Virus record (IMG/VR): IMGVR_UViG_3300037424_000596
Span: 1 to 57,936 of that record
Length of the DNA stretch: 57,936 nucleotides
Direction: 5' to 3' (one strand)
From: a virus
Taxonomy: Duplodnaviria > Caudoviricetes
A program made the translations under genes and the position numbers. This document shows positions 39,701 to 48,229 of the stretch, piece by piece (within the stretch, counting starts at the first letter, position 1; each line of letters begins with the position of its first letter). The notes beneath the pieces were generated by a model. That model was not told the origin of the DNA. It saw only the letters and a program-made list of their open reading frames with translations, and did not search any database.

Positions 39701-42700
39701 ATTTCAGAGGCATGGACACAAAGAAAGTCCAGTCTATGTTCATGGAAGCGCGGGACAAGTATGGCGCGGATGGATACTGGATGATGCACAACCACCCGTC
39801 CGGAGACCCGTCACCGTCAAACTCTGATATCGGCACGACAAAAGTTTTCGCCCGTAACATTTCAGGATTCCAAGGCCATATGGTGCTGGATAGCAATGCC
39901 TTCACGGTAATCAGAGCCAATGGTTTATGGGATAGATACCTTGCTGACCTTGGTTCTCAAGAGTTCGATACTGATGAGGAGTACAGTGGTGCTTGGATCG
40001 GTCAGTCCATGAACTCACTTCCGGCAATTGCCAGTATGGCAAAGCGCATTGAATCGAATGACAAGACGCCAATCCTGATCACAACAGACAGAAACCTGAA
40101 AGTGACCATGGTTGCCAAGGTGCCAAATCAGATTATCGATGCCGATTACACTAATTCCGGGCTGTCAGATGGCAAAGCAAAGCAGGCTCAATACCTTGCT
40201 GTCCTGAGAACACTTGTGCGTGCCACCGGCAGTGGAGGATGGCGGTTTCTTGTTGTTGAAAGCCTTCCTTTAAGCAGTCCAAGAATGGTGAGCAGTGGCG
40301 TCTTCAGTGATGTGCTGACATTCTCAGGAGAAAGCTTTATCCAAAAATATGGCATGGGCAGATTCCGAAACGATGTATTTGAAGAAAACGCCAACACCTT
40401 CATTGGTGAACAGGAAAACGAGATAAGCATTGAAGAGCCCCCGGCCAATATGCAGGAAGAAGCTGAAGCCCAATTGTCCGTCTTGCATAACCTGTCTGCA
40501 GAGAATCTGAAGTTTGCCGATGAAATGGGCGGCCTTGCAGTTCCTTCGCTCGCCGTGGTGCGCAGCGACATGGGCATGGAAGACTTTGGTGAAATCACAC
40601 TGATTGGCCGAAAGGAGTTGGGCGATCCAGCACAGGAACCCGTGTTTGATGCTGATGCCTACTCTGCAACATTCCCAATCCCGGAGTATCCAAAAGTTTC
40701 AACCAAGATCGCGCAGGCGATGACTGATTCCGTTAAGCCATGGATCAAAAAGTACAGCCCTCGCTACGATTCCGCACAAGATGCGACCTGGGACTATGCG
40801 GTCAATAACCCAGACCCCGAGAAGATCATCAAAGGCTGGATGAGCAGTATTGGCATAAAAGTGATGTTTCTAAACGAAACAACAGGAAAGGCGCCGCGCG
40901 TTTTCATGATGAAGGCGCCACTTGAATACCCATTTTCAGAGCATCCTGCCGTTGTCGAGGCGGTAAAGAAGGCCTACATCGCTGGCTACCAAAGGAGCGG
41001 AGCTAGCAGCAATGAAGCAATTCAAGTGCGGCGTGATGCTGCTGTTGCTGTACGCACAGCTCTCAAGGACATGTACGCAGGCAAGCCTGAAGGGAAGAGA
41101 ATAATTTCTGCCTTTGTCGATAGCACTATCACTGATGAAGGCGAAATCAGATTTAACACCTTTGAGCGTATCATCCGCGACCAACAAAACAGTGGTGTGC
41201 AGATTCCTGACGCAGATCGAATTGAAGCGTCCGTGTCTAAGCTGATGAAAGGCAACGAAGCCAACTTCAAGAAGTGGGTAGAAACCAAAGTGCTTGGCAT
41301 GTTCGGCGCCCCCTTCCTTAAACTCGGCGGTAAAAAAGTGCCCTACACCATAGGCAACATTGCCGAGAAGATGATTTCTGCCAATGTAAAGGGAAAAGAA
41401 AAAACCATCACCTTCAGTCCAGGCAAGGCGCGCGCAGTCGCGGCCAAGCGCTATACCAGTCTTCAGTGGATGCGAAACGAAGCCAAGTATGCGATGACCA
41501 AGAAAGCTGACGTAGACGAATTCCGCAAGCAGGCCGATGAAGTGTTGACTGCATGGCGTGATTCCGTTTTGCCTTACTACACTGAAAAGAACTGGCGCGG
41601 TGAAGTGGATGTGTGGAATGGCCTCGACAGTTCGATGAAGACGCTGGCTCACTACGCTATCAACCGGCAGAAACGTGGCGGCGCAGCAGCACTGAAAGAA
41701 GGCCTGTCCAAAAATAACTTCCGTGGCGTTCCGAAAGATGTGATTGATGCAGGTGTTAAAGCTGGCATGGCTATGATGCACGCACCAGTTCCTTACTTTG
41801 AATCCAAGCCGCAGAGAGTGGTAACGCTGGATGAATTTGCTGGCGCCGTAGTGCCGCGCAACGCTGATGCCGAAACCTTCGACATCCTGGCCAAGCACAA
41901 CATCAAGGTGGCCACCTACAAAGGGCGCTACAACGAAACAGAGCGAACTGCTGCCACCATCAAGCTACGCAATCAGTTGGCAAAGCAGGGCGAGGAAGTG
42001 CTTTTTCAGTCTGAAGGCCACGTCACCATGGAAGGCAAGCCTGGCAGCCGCTTGACCAAAGCTGCCATTGAAGCCGCCATTGCACCAGCCCTTGAGAAGC
42101 TGCGCACGGAGGTCCAGATGGACGTTGCTGTGGTGCAGTCCTTCAGTGATCTGGATCAGGAAATCATCGACTTTGCAGATGGAAACACCACATCGTCAGG
42201 CGTCTACCTGCGCGGAAAGGTGTATCTGGTGGCCGACAATATCCCGACCACTGACTATGCCCAGGTCACACTGGCGCATGAGCTGATCGGTCACAAGGGT
42301 GTGCTGGAAGGTCTGACGCCGGAGGAATGGACGGATATCAAGGCTACTGTGAACCGACTGCTGGAGCGCGGCCATACCGACACAGTTTCAATCATGGAGG
42401 AAGTGAAGCGCCGCTATGGCACTGAAGTGGATGAGAACACGCTGATGAAGGAGTTCATCGCAGTTGCGGCCGAGCGCCGACAAGTAACCGGTACTCTGCA
42501 GCGCGTCATGGACACGATCAAGGAGGCGCTGCGCCGGATGCTGAAAGCGCTTGGCTTCACGGCCGCCTTCAGTGATGCCGATATCAACATCATCCTGTCC
42601 AACTCGGAGCGCTACTTGCGCACTGGGCAGCGCACCACCTTCACAGATACTGGCGCCAGCTTCAGTCAGGATGGAAAGTCAGCTCCTTTGCGCAAACAGC

Positions 42701-45700
42701 TGCAGACTGAAACCGAGGCCTTCCGCCGTTGGTTCGGTGACAGCAAAGTAGTGGATGCCGATGGCAAGCCGCTTGTGTTGTATCACGCCACGACATCACT
42801 AGATGATTTCAATCAGTTTGTCCCTTCTGAGCGCGGCACTTTGGGTAAGGGGCTCTATTTCACTGACGACCACAAACTGACAAGCCTTATGAGCGAAGGG
42901 TTAGACAATGGGAGAGTGATTCCAGCGTACATGAAGTTGGAAAACCCATACACCTTTGAGCAAGACTCCGAAATGGAAGGCGAGTTTGATTTTGACTCCC
43001 CCGCGGTGTCTCTGCTTGTCGATGTTTTTGGGAGTCGGACAGCGCGGTACATGATTGAAAACGAGTCGGATGAATTTGCCTATTTTGGAGATGAGATAGC
43101 GGAAGAATTGAAGAAAAGAGGGCACGACGGGATCATAATGAAATTTGAAGACGGTGACGGAGAGTATGTCGCCTTCGACCCCACCCAGATCAAATCCGCC
43201 ATAGGTAACCGTGGCACCTTTGATCCTGCTGATCCCAATATCCTGTTCAGCAAGGGTGCGCCTAACTCAACCGGATTTTCCGTACCAGACGAAACGCTAA
43301 CAACTGTTGCCATCCGCAAGATGCAGGACAAGTTCAAGGTGTTGAAAGACCTGCAGACAAACATTCGCGGAGCGGGCGGCACGATCACTGACAAGAACGA
43401 TGCCTATCTGGCTGAAGAGTTGTTCCACGGCAAAGCGGAAAACGATCTTAGGGAAATGCGTGATCAGTACATCGAGCCACTTTCAGCGAAAATGGCCAAG
43501 TTCAAAATCAGTCGAGAGCAGCTGGATCAGTTCATGTATGCCCGCCACGCACCAGAGCGAAATGCTCACATTGCCAGTATCAACCCAGCTATGCCTGATG
43601 GCGGGTCTGGCATGAAGAACGCTGAATCGGCCCGCATATTGAAAGAGGTCAGGGCGTCAGGGAAGCAGGATCAATACCAGCAACTTGCCGCCATCGTTGA
43701 CGACATTGTTAAGATGCAACGCGACATGATCGTGGAAGGCGGCCTAGAAGATGATGGACTGGTAGCTGCATGGCAGGACACCTACAAACATTATGTTCCC
43801 CTGAAAGGCTGGGCAGAAGATACGAAGGACCAAGGTATCCCGCGCACTGGCAGCGGCTTCAACATTGGCGGAAAGGAAACAAGGCGCGCTCTTGGTCGCA
43901 GCAGTCTTGCTGCCAGCCCGGTTTCATACGCAATCGTTGATCTGACAGAGAAGATCATTCGCAAGCGCAAGAATGAAGTCGGCAACGCATTGCTGGATCT
44001 GATTGAGTCAAACCCAAATCCAGACTACTGGGAAGTTTATACAAACGACAGCCCGGAAATGGATCGCCGCATCGTTAAGACGCCAGAGGGAGAGCAGGTA
44101 AAAGAAATGCCGCTTCCAATGCACATGCTGAAAGACCGCTACTTCACCACGAAGAAAGACGGCCGCACATACTTTATGAAGCTGAATGATCCCAGGCTGA
44201 TGACAGCAATGAAGAACCTTGGACCTGAATCAAACGGCGCCCTTCTGCGTGTTTTAGGTGGCATTAACCGTATCCTGTCAGCACTCAACACCAGCTACTC
44301 GCCAGAATTCCTGATTTCAAACTTTGCGCGTGACGTGCAGACGGCTGTGCTGAACCTGCAGGCGGAGCAATCACTTCCTCCTGGTGTCGGCAAGGCTTCA
44401 GGCAAAGCTATCGCGGCACAGACCATCAAGGACATTCCGTCAGCTATGAAGGCCATCTATGCGCGCTTGCGCGGTGCTGGCGCTGATTCCGAGTGGGGTA
44501 AGCTGTTCGACCAGTTCCGGGCAGACGGCGCCAAAACCGGGTACTTTGACATGAAGGATCTGGACGGCCAGGCGGCAGAAATTGACCGCATGATCGAGAT
44601 AGCGCAGGGCGGCTGGAAAGGGAATGCGCTGCGGTGGGCACAGAGCTCCGCCGCGATGGTGGAAACACTGAATCAGTCAGTGGAAAACGCAGTGAGGCTT
44701 TCCGCCTATGCCAACGCCATCAAGGCCGGCCTGTCACGCCCTCGCGCCGCAAGCCTTGCCAAGAACATGACAGTGAATTTCAACCGGCGTGGCGAGATAG
44801 GAACCACCCTCAATGCCCTGTACATGTTCGCTAACGCATCAATTCAGGGCAGTGCAAACTTTATACGCACGATGGGAACGCTGAAGGGCGACAAGACGCT
44901 GAAGTGGGCAAACCTGAACAACGCTCAGCGCCTGGCAGTAGGAATCACAGCGGCAGCTTTCTTCCTATCCATGGCGAACCGGGCGGGTGCCGGTGAAGAC
45001 GATGATGATGTTAACTGGTACGACAAGGTGCCGGCCTACGTGAGAGAGCGCAACATCATCCTGATGAAGTCTCTGTTCGGCGGCCAACAGAATGGAGAGT
45101 ATTGGAAGATTCCGCTTCCATACGGGTTCAATGTGTTCTCTGTGATTGGTGACAGCCTTTCATCAGTGCTTGATGGCGATGAAGATCCGGTAAGAGCCGC
45201 AGGGAATGTCGTGCTCGCCGCACTTGGCTCTTTCTCGCCAATCGGCTACCAGGATTCAAAAACCATTCAGGGCATGCTGCTGAAGAATGCAGCGCCCACT
45301 GTGGTCAAGCCGGTAGTTGAACTTGCTTTGAACGAAAACTTTGCCGGGTCATCCATTTTCAACGAAAACTTTGCATTTGGTACGCCGTCACCAGATAGCG
45401 CCATGGGAAGACGCTCTACACCAGAGGCATACAAGAAGATTGCAACATGGCTGAATGAAGTAACTGGCGGATCAGAGTTTAGGTCTGGTGCGGTCGATGT
45501 GAATCCGGATGTCATGCAGTACGTTCTTGATTACCTGGGTGGCAGCGCCTACTCATTCTTTGGGAGCAAGGTTCCAGATTACCTGTACAAGCAAGTTACT
45601 GGATCAGAGTCGGAGGTTGGGCAAATACCGTTCGTTTCGCGCATTTCTGGCAGGGTTCTTCCGTATGCTGACACAGAGACCTTCTACCAGCGCAGGGATG

Positions 45701-45975
45701 ATCTGATGCAGATCGAAGATGAGTTCCTGGCACTCACACCAGAAGATCGCCAGCGTTACCCTGTAGAGTATCGCAGCAAACTTGGATTGCGCGGACTTTT
45801 GAAAGTAACTGAGAAGAAGTTGAGACAGCTGCGCAAACGCCGCGATGGGATATATGCCGACGACATTACAGTGCGAGAAAGGGATGTCCAACTGAAAGAT
45901 GTAGAGGCCACCATGAAGCAAGCTGTAGATGAGTTCAACAGCGCCTACAACGCTATTGAATCAGGCTCCAGATAA
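33703..45975 (+). CDS. Giant polyvalent (DarB-like) internal virion protein, 4090 aa
   Basis: ParB-like (LKPTQ...VIDGHHQW), Strawberry-notch-like SF2 helicase (EAGSGKT, FDEAH, SATP, GGTGLSLH), JAB/RadC (HNHPSGDPSPSNSD), zincin (HELIGH), ADP-ribosyltransferase (WFGDSKVVD..GKPLVLYH...EYVAFDPTQIKS), LPD38-like C-terminus. Confidence 0.88.
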   Translation: MATNPFLARRVDQPAAAPSNPFLARRTDPVATPQDEGRGVSGVVADLWRSYAGGSNALLKIAGDMYGLTTGDMDNWASNQGQRGTEYWQERKTPQLKALEQQRKERVDSTDSELGKAGVAFWETMKSPSLLSSFIFEQMPQLLPVGGIGRGAGLAAKAMGAGAKTAGAVATGAAVGTGSAMQGADAGGQAFEDLMTIPNDVWLLDPAVARRVDRGEDLDAVKRDVAGRLSRNAAVSSAIVSVGLNMLPGARVLERALAGAKLPQGRVTGALSGYLGESLQEGLEEGTGRYFANLATGKVDSTVDPMGGVGEATGLGAAGGIFGGIAGAMGGRRREEEEQINRIIDAPDVDEAIKAAGDAIDMNTDQATARAMPDWGLVPKGEETPGGRAPGSVDFAPTYPTLDADLVPMDMPTDEELAEIMRQRDAAFRQREEEQARKKDEDFALAAQQKADQEVEEALIRANLAGDDANPAMKLAFEAALRKKKSEWVGFTPDTGTLNVPRAEMPQIKAEHRGAMVNFLKARGIESTQESVPADTLKPTQAEFSPAKVAQAKKFKGGDRSILVSSDNYVIDGHHQWLSRQGQDIKIIRLDKPAAELLDDVRAFPSAGSAAGATSPQISSEPELIPDFVTPNKLRGYAQNRLRYLADKSTAGTLSAVERREQAFLGPDVLTNTEALAEFYEVTLDTTQEAASARAAQIRNIVDKAPNLKQARVDIAAQLGDAVTAEQEQAIKAAWSSKQQKRRQKINDRDSLATAVAKLGGISMEWRVDITGDTKINKTVAGIGPVFSKSGTSPDDMASMLAQRGYFTQQDIDNPQDSDAVNLLSELLRTELAGGKKRYQLSSTAAEEELEALYAAQAEQAEAQREMEYDAIAAEFGQDAADQARAYDEALIQLSAELEKETERQILDQKETDREQANAEDATETTAYDEVWAGYDEEGTDPAEDAGEIAQGVRQITPDFFLTTETEEERREREQRASDQTIEQKDQANRELEFFDLAKPPGATTEKAPTSQQSLLGMTTRGQRQAQESATQPEPAKRYGDSSNYIMNSNGQPFATEEEADQVIATQGINTSQSVPVQGGWAVDPYYHVPQRRAKPGGERGANGEWYEGGKFIATSERTVKGEQTRPSTPAQPEGNPIIGFGKYRGRDVRELINSKVPAERNYAQWMAESLMSSRPELAPYLKPLLEQGKPAPQIRMDVNTPAILSQLGLVVNRDGDSFLVSGNTYMVRATMNQMGGRFDYNTKAYRFQTDPSQEIASAYADESGQAVDVDILDPKGKALREQAKAKRKELDQASNEKPTPAKLAAEVSQGTKDLVRRGLQFGMTEDVVKEQIEDIGQIVWAYKADKPMFMLASEAGSGKTFVLGGAIKEILRSNPKANFTYVAMNQNLIEQIKSDLAPYGIADKISFFTYTDVSGNTKAANDMRIGPETVLLFDEAHNIKNIDQAARAARAMGLAADSKYTVYASATPYENPVEMKYLEPTGVFDSLNGHTNFALAYGAKLEPQLVYEYGNPVTVMKPVWPGGKEARESAKAARDWFDKRGMFTQRRKRLPAGMVKSAFKSVEASPKYVEMFNRVTDAYDAALDEVSSTVLRMHKMNVQKRILEAAKVNDAIAQAEQAIAEGIQAVIFVETKSERTIGNEVPYEQMLEEMLVWQSTRDDGDPPPYPAWKMALAKAFDEDGINYDLPSTVDAIYTHFGPTATGVYVGAKKFDTVSVTEKSAQRDKEEWLAGKKQVLVATMAKGGTGLSLHPTKTNNPRKQIGINLPWKATGVDQVSGRLARYGMQSEVGIDWIFASNILVELTIARRVGSRMESMGATVSGITMKSADQLQEWDFEAGEEINVSERSTVFGVEEDGGPYRPMNQQDMFLELDKVKKAAKEDPYKDAELRPDTTPEQLKLGRDAMKSMFNMVSRRLARLTGDNQSFSVLGARLFKDLATQQSGSLIGQEVRTPEDLAVIAQVYRDPRFETFRIIYTKKQDDGTIQVVAETAVTSRLPAIVNFRGMDTKKVQSMFMEARDKYGADGYWMMHNHPSGDPSPSNSDIGTTKVFARNISGFQGHMVLDSNAFTVIRANGLWDRYLADLGSQEFDTDEEYSGAWIGQSMNSLPAIASMAKRIESNDKTPILITTDRNLKVTMVAKVPNQIIDADYTNSGLSDGKAKQAQYLAVLRTLVRATGSGGWRFLVVESLPLSSPRMVSSGVFSDVLTFSGESFIQKYGMGRFRNDVFEENANTFIGEQENEISIEEPPANMQEEAEAQLSVLHNLSAENLKFADEMGGLAVPSLAVVRSDMGMEDFGEITLIGRKELGDPAQEPVFDADAYSATFPIPEYPKVSTKIAQAMTDSVKPWIKKYSPRYDSAQDATWDYAVNNPDPEKIIKGWMSSIGIKVMFLNETTGKAPRVFMMKAPLEYPFSEHPAVVEAVKKAYIAGYQRSGASSNEAIQVRRDAAVAVRTALKDMYAGKPEGKRIISAFVDSTITDEGEIRFNTFERIIRDQQNSGVQIPDADRIEASVSKLMKGNEANFKKWVETKVLGMFGAPFLKLGGKKVPYTIGNIAEKMISANVKGKEKTITFSPGKARAVAAKRYTSLQWMRNEAKYAMTKKADVDEFRKQADEVLTAWRDSVLPYYTEKNWRGEVDVWNGLDSSMKTLAHYAINRQKRGGAAALKEGLSKNNFRGVPKDVIDAGVKAGMAMMHAPVPYFESKPQRVVTLDEFAGAVVPRNADAETFDILAKHNIKVATYKGRYNETERTAATIKLRNQLAKQGEEVLFQSEGHVTMEGKPGSRLTKAAIEAAIAPALEKLRTEVQMDVAVVQSFSDLDQEIIDFADGNTTSSGVYLRGKVYLVADNIPTTDYAQVTLAHELIGHKGVLEGLTPEEWTDIKATVNRLLERGHTDTVSIMEEVKRRYGTEVDENTLMKEFIAVAAERRQVTGTLQRVMDTIKEALRRMLKALGFTAAFSDADINIILSNSERYLRTGQRTTFTDTGASFSQDGKSAPLRKQLQTETEAFRRWFGDSKVVDADGKPLVLYHATTSLDDFNQFVPSERGTLGKGLYFTDDHKLTSLMSEGLDNGRVIPAYMKLENPYTFEQDSEMEGEFDFDSPAVSLLVDVFGSRTARYMIENESDEFAYFGDEIAEELKKRGHDGIIMKFEDGDGEYVAFDPTQIKSAIGNRGTFDPADPNILFSKGAPNSTGFSVPDETLTTVAIRKMQDKFKVLKDLQTNIRGAGGTITDKNDAYLAEELFHGKAENDLREMRDQYIEPLSAKMAKFKISREQLDQFMYARHAPERNAHIASINPAMPDGGSGMKNAESARILKEVRASGKQDQYQQLAAIVDDIVKMQRDMIVEGGLEDDGLVAAWQDTYKHYVPLKGWAEDTKDQGIPRTGSGFNIGGKETRRALGRSSLAASPVSYAIVDLTEKIIRKRKNEVGNALLDLIESNPNPDYWEVYTNDSPEMDRRIVKTPEGEQVKEMPLPMHMLKDRYFTTKKDGRTYFMKLNDPRLMTAMKNLGPESNGALLRVLGGINRILSALNTSYSPEFLISNFARDVQTAVLNLQAEQSLPPGVGKASGKAIAAQTIKDIPSAMKAIYARLRGAGADSEWGKLFDQFRADGAKTGYFDMKDLDGQAAEIDRMIEIAQGGWKGNALRWAQSSAAMVETLNQSVENAVRLSAYANAIKAGLSRPRAASLAKNMTVNFNRRGEIGTTLNALYMFANASIQGSANFIRTMGTLKGDKTLKWANLNNAQRLAVGITAAAFFLSMANRAGAGEDDDDVNWYDKVPAYVRERNIILMKSLFGGQQNGEYWKIPLPYGFNVFSVIGDSLSSVLDGDEDPVRAAGNVVLAALGSFSPIGYQDSKTIQGMLLKNAAPTVVKPVVELALNENFAGSSIFNENFAFGTPSPDSAMGRRSTPEAYKKIATWLNEVTGGSEFRSGAVDVNPDVMQYVLDYLGGSAYSFFGSKVPDYLYKQVTGSESEVGQIPFVSRISGRVLPYADTETFYQRRDDLMQIEDEFLALTPEDRQRYPVEYRSKLGLRGLLKVTEKKLRQLRKRRDGIYADDITVRERDVQLKDVEATMKQAVDEFNSAYNAIESGSR

Positions 45976-46108
45976 AAGCACCAAGCGTAATACAGCCAAC
46001 TGGTATCAATAGGAAGCAACCAATAATGCCAAGGAAGGCGCTGCCGGTTGACCAACCCACAACAATAAAAAAAATTGACGCCGCTAACAGGTGGGGAATG
46101 CACTTCAT
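45953..46108 (-). CDS. Small two-helix membrane protein (51 aa)
   Basis: Translated by hand: MKCIPHLLAASIFFIVVGWSTGSAFLGIIGCFLLIPVGCITLGAFIWSLIQ; ATGA-coupled to the HNH stop. Confidence 0.55.
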   Translation of the reverse strand: MKCIPHLLAASIFFIVVGWSTGSAFLGIIGCFLLIPVGCITLGAFIWSLIQ

Positions 46109-46692
46109 TGGCGGCTGTATATCGGCCTGTGGATGGCATCGGCGCCATCAATACCTGATCCTAGCCTCTTATAGATGCGCTGATCTGGCACACCGGTAAT
46201 CTCAGACCACTCAGCTACCGTTTTGGTAATGCCGTCAACAGTGATCGTTTTGGATCTCCGGGTATTGCGAGTTTGTTCTTTCTGCGTAGCCCAGCGGCAG
46301 TTGTCTTTGCAATAATTACCATTGCAATCTTTTCTATCGATGGAGTATTCAGGACCGGGGCGATTACCCATATCGCGGAAGAAGGCACTGAAATCAACAA
46401 GCCACTCATCACACACAGCAATCCCGCGACCGCCATAATCAATATAGCTTTTGTGATTTTCGTTGTAGCAACGCGCCTTCATGGCCTTCCATGCTGAATA
46501 CTCAGGGCAGCCATAAAGCCCATGCTTAACATTCCCTGGCGATCCAGAGCAGCCACATGAGGATGTTTTGCCGCTGATTAGGTTGTATCGGTTCACTGGT
46601 TTTTTTGTGCCGCAAGCACAGGCACAAACAACCATCTTTCCGCGTGCATCAGGAGAAAGGACTGACCATAAACCATAAGTTGAATTAAGCAT
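46105..46692 (-). CDS. Free-standing HNH-type homing endonuclease
   Basis: C.CACG, SCGC, WKAMKARC, YGGRGI.VC.EW, SIDRKD.NGNY...NCRWAT..EQ.RN, C-terminal HTH-like segment. Confidence 0.85.
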   Translation of the reverse strand: MLNSTYGLWSVLSPDARGKMVVCACACGTKKPVNRYNLISGKTSSCGCSGSPGNVKHGLYGCPEYSAWKAMKARCYNENHKSYIDYGGRGIAVCDEWLVDFSAFFRDMGNRPGPEYSIDRKDCNGNYCKDNCRWATQKEQTRNTRRSKTITVDGITKTVAEWSEITGVPDQRIYKRLGSGIDGADAIHRPIYSRQ

Positions 46693-46778
46693 GGGTGGAG
46701 TATATCAATCGTTTGCGCTCAGTAGAGTAGTGATGGATGCCCGCGCTTCGCGATGGATCGCTCGGCATCCAAAATTGA

Positions 46779-47015
46779 TTAATGCCTGATGGTTTTCTGG
46801 CCTTCCTTGTGGGCGGTGGCTTGGGCTTTAATGGTGTCTGCCAGCGGGTGCTTTTTGCCGGTGAACTTCTCGTAAATTTCTTCGCGGTGCACGGTAGTTT
46901 CCTTCGGTGCATTCACACCAATACGTACTTGATTTCCCTTCACACCAAGCACGGTAACGGTAACATCGTCACCTATCATCAGGGTTTCACCCACTCTTCT
47001 TGTTAATATCAGCAT
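46779..47015 (-). CDS. csrA: CsrA/RsmA-family translational regulator
   Basis: [45 protein letters not shown] is nearly the canonical gammaproteobacterial CsrA core. Confidence 0.95.
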   Translation of the reverse strand: MLILTRRVGETLMIGDDVTVTVLGVKGNQVRIGVNAPKETTVHREEIYEKFTGKKHPLADTIKAQATAHKEGQKTIRH

Positions 47016-47088
47016 TGCATTTCTCCAGCGGCACGGCCGCTTCCTTGTTGGTTAAGGCGGCAGGGAATCCTACCGCCAGCCGAGCGTG

Positions 47089-47607
47089 TTAATCGTCTGT
47101 TTCTTCTTCGGCATCTTCCAGCAAATCTTCCTGCTGATCATCGTCGCCCTCTTCATCTTCAGAGAGCACAACCAGATCACCACCCGACAACACCATTTCG
47201 CAGGTTGTCTGCAGCAGTTGGCGCAACTTGTTGACCCCGGCAGCGCTGACTTCCTCGACCGAGATATTGAAGGACAGGTCAACCTGACCGCCTGGCAGTG
47301 GCGTGAAGCTGATCTTGCTCATGGTGCCGTCTTTGAGTTCAGCGCCACCGATGTTCACCTGGCAGTACGTAAACACGGATCCACAGGAGCAACCGCCAAG
47401 GTAAGGCAGCGCCAAATCCTTGTTGCGTCCCTCTTTCCAGATCGATGAGGCCTTTCCGCCCAGCAGTGTGTTCAGGACAGAGCCTGCACACATGAGCGAC
47501 AGCTTGATGTCCAGCGGGACAGGGGCATTCTCGCCCTTGCCGTTCTTGTGATATTTGAGATTCGTCACCTTGCAGGACGACGATTTGAATTTCAGTGCCA
47601 TGATCAC
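47089..47607 (-). CDS. Hypothetical protein with acidic C-terminal tail
   Basis: Coupled to the exonuclease; D/E-rich tail. Confidence 0.6.
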   Translation of the reverse strand: MIMALKFKSSSCKVTNLKYHKNGKGENAPVPLDIKLSLMCAGSVLNTLLGGKASSIWKEGRNKDLALPYLGGCSCGSVFTYCQVNIGGAELKDGTMSKISFTPLPGGQVDLSFNISVEEVSAAGVNKLRQLLQTTCEMVLSGGDLVVLSEDEEGDDDQQEDLLEDAEEETDD

Positions 47608-48188
47608 TCCGTTTCAATGAGTTTGAAGTAGACTTCCATGCAGGCCTTGGCGTCACCCAAGGATGAGTGCGCATCTTCCATGGGGCGCCCTATCAAGCGT
47701 TCGTATGCCTCGGTCAACTTTGGCCACTTCCCGCCGAATTTCTTGGTGTACTGCATCATGGTGCAGTAATACAGATTCTTGTCTTCCTTCCATGATCGCA
47801 TCAGCTCCGCGAAGATGGGGTCTTCTTCAGGCCAGTATCGCTTCTGCGCAATCCGGACAATGCGATTGTCGAAAGTGGTATTGTGAGCAATGCGCAGCGT
47901 GGCACGCATATTCAGGCTTGTGAACATTTCCAGCGCTTCTTCTTCCAGAATGCCTTCATCCATGGCGCGCTCTCGCGTGATGCCATGCGTTGCAAAAGCC
48001 CCTTCTGATATTTCCCAATTCAGCGGCTTCACCAGCACGTTGACGGAATCGACAATTTCGCGCGTTTGGTCATCCACCAGCAGGCCGGTCAAAGAAACGA
48101 TGTGTGGCTGGTCTGGCCCTTCGCTGGGCTTCTTCCAGTCAGTGATGAGGTCGGTGGTTTCGGTGTCAAAAACGTTAATCAGGCTCAT
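47604..48188 (-). CDS. DEDDh 3'-5' exonuclease (DnaQ-like)
   Basis: FDTETT, AHNTTFD, AHSSLGDA. Confidence 0.9.
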   Translation of the reverse strand: MSLINVFDTETTDLITDWKKPSEGPDQPHIVSLTGLLVDDQTREIVDSVNVLVKPLNWEISEGAFATHGITRERAMDEGILEEEALEMFTSLNMRATLRIAHNTTFDNRIVRIAQKRYWPEEDPIFAELMRSWKEDKNLYYCTMMQYTKKFGGKWPKLTEAYERLIGRPMEDAHSSLGDAKACMEVYFKLIETE

Positions 48189-48229
48189 GGGTTTCCTTTG
48201 TTGGTTGGTTTGGTTAAAGAGGTCAGCGA

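Noticed and set aside
45945-46151. 68-aa minus-strand ORF from the ORF track
   Set aside because: The alternative frame 46108-45953 is ATGA-coupled and gives a coherent membrane protein.
46734-46771. TGGATGCC/GGCATCCA hairpin between csrA and the HNH gene as a CsrA-sponge sRNA
   Set aside because: Single short hairpin without the multiple looped GGA motifs of CsrB/RsmZ-type RNAs.
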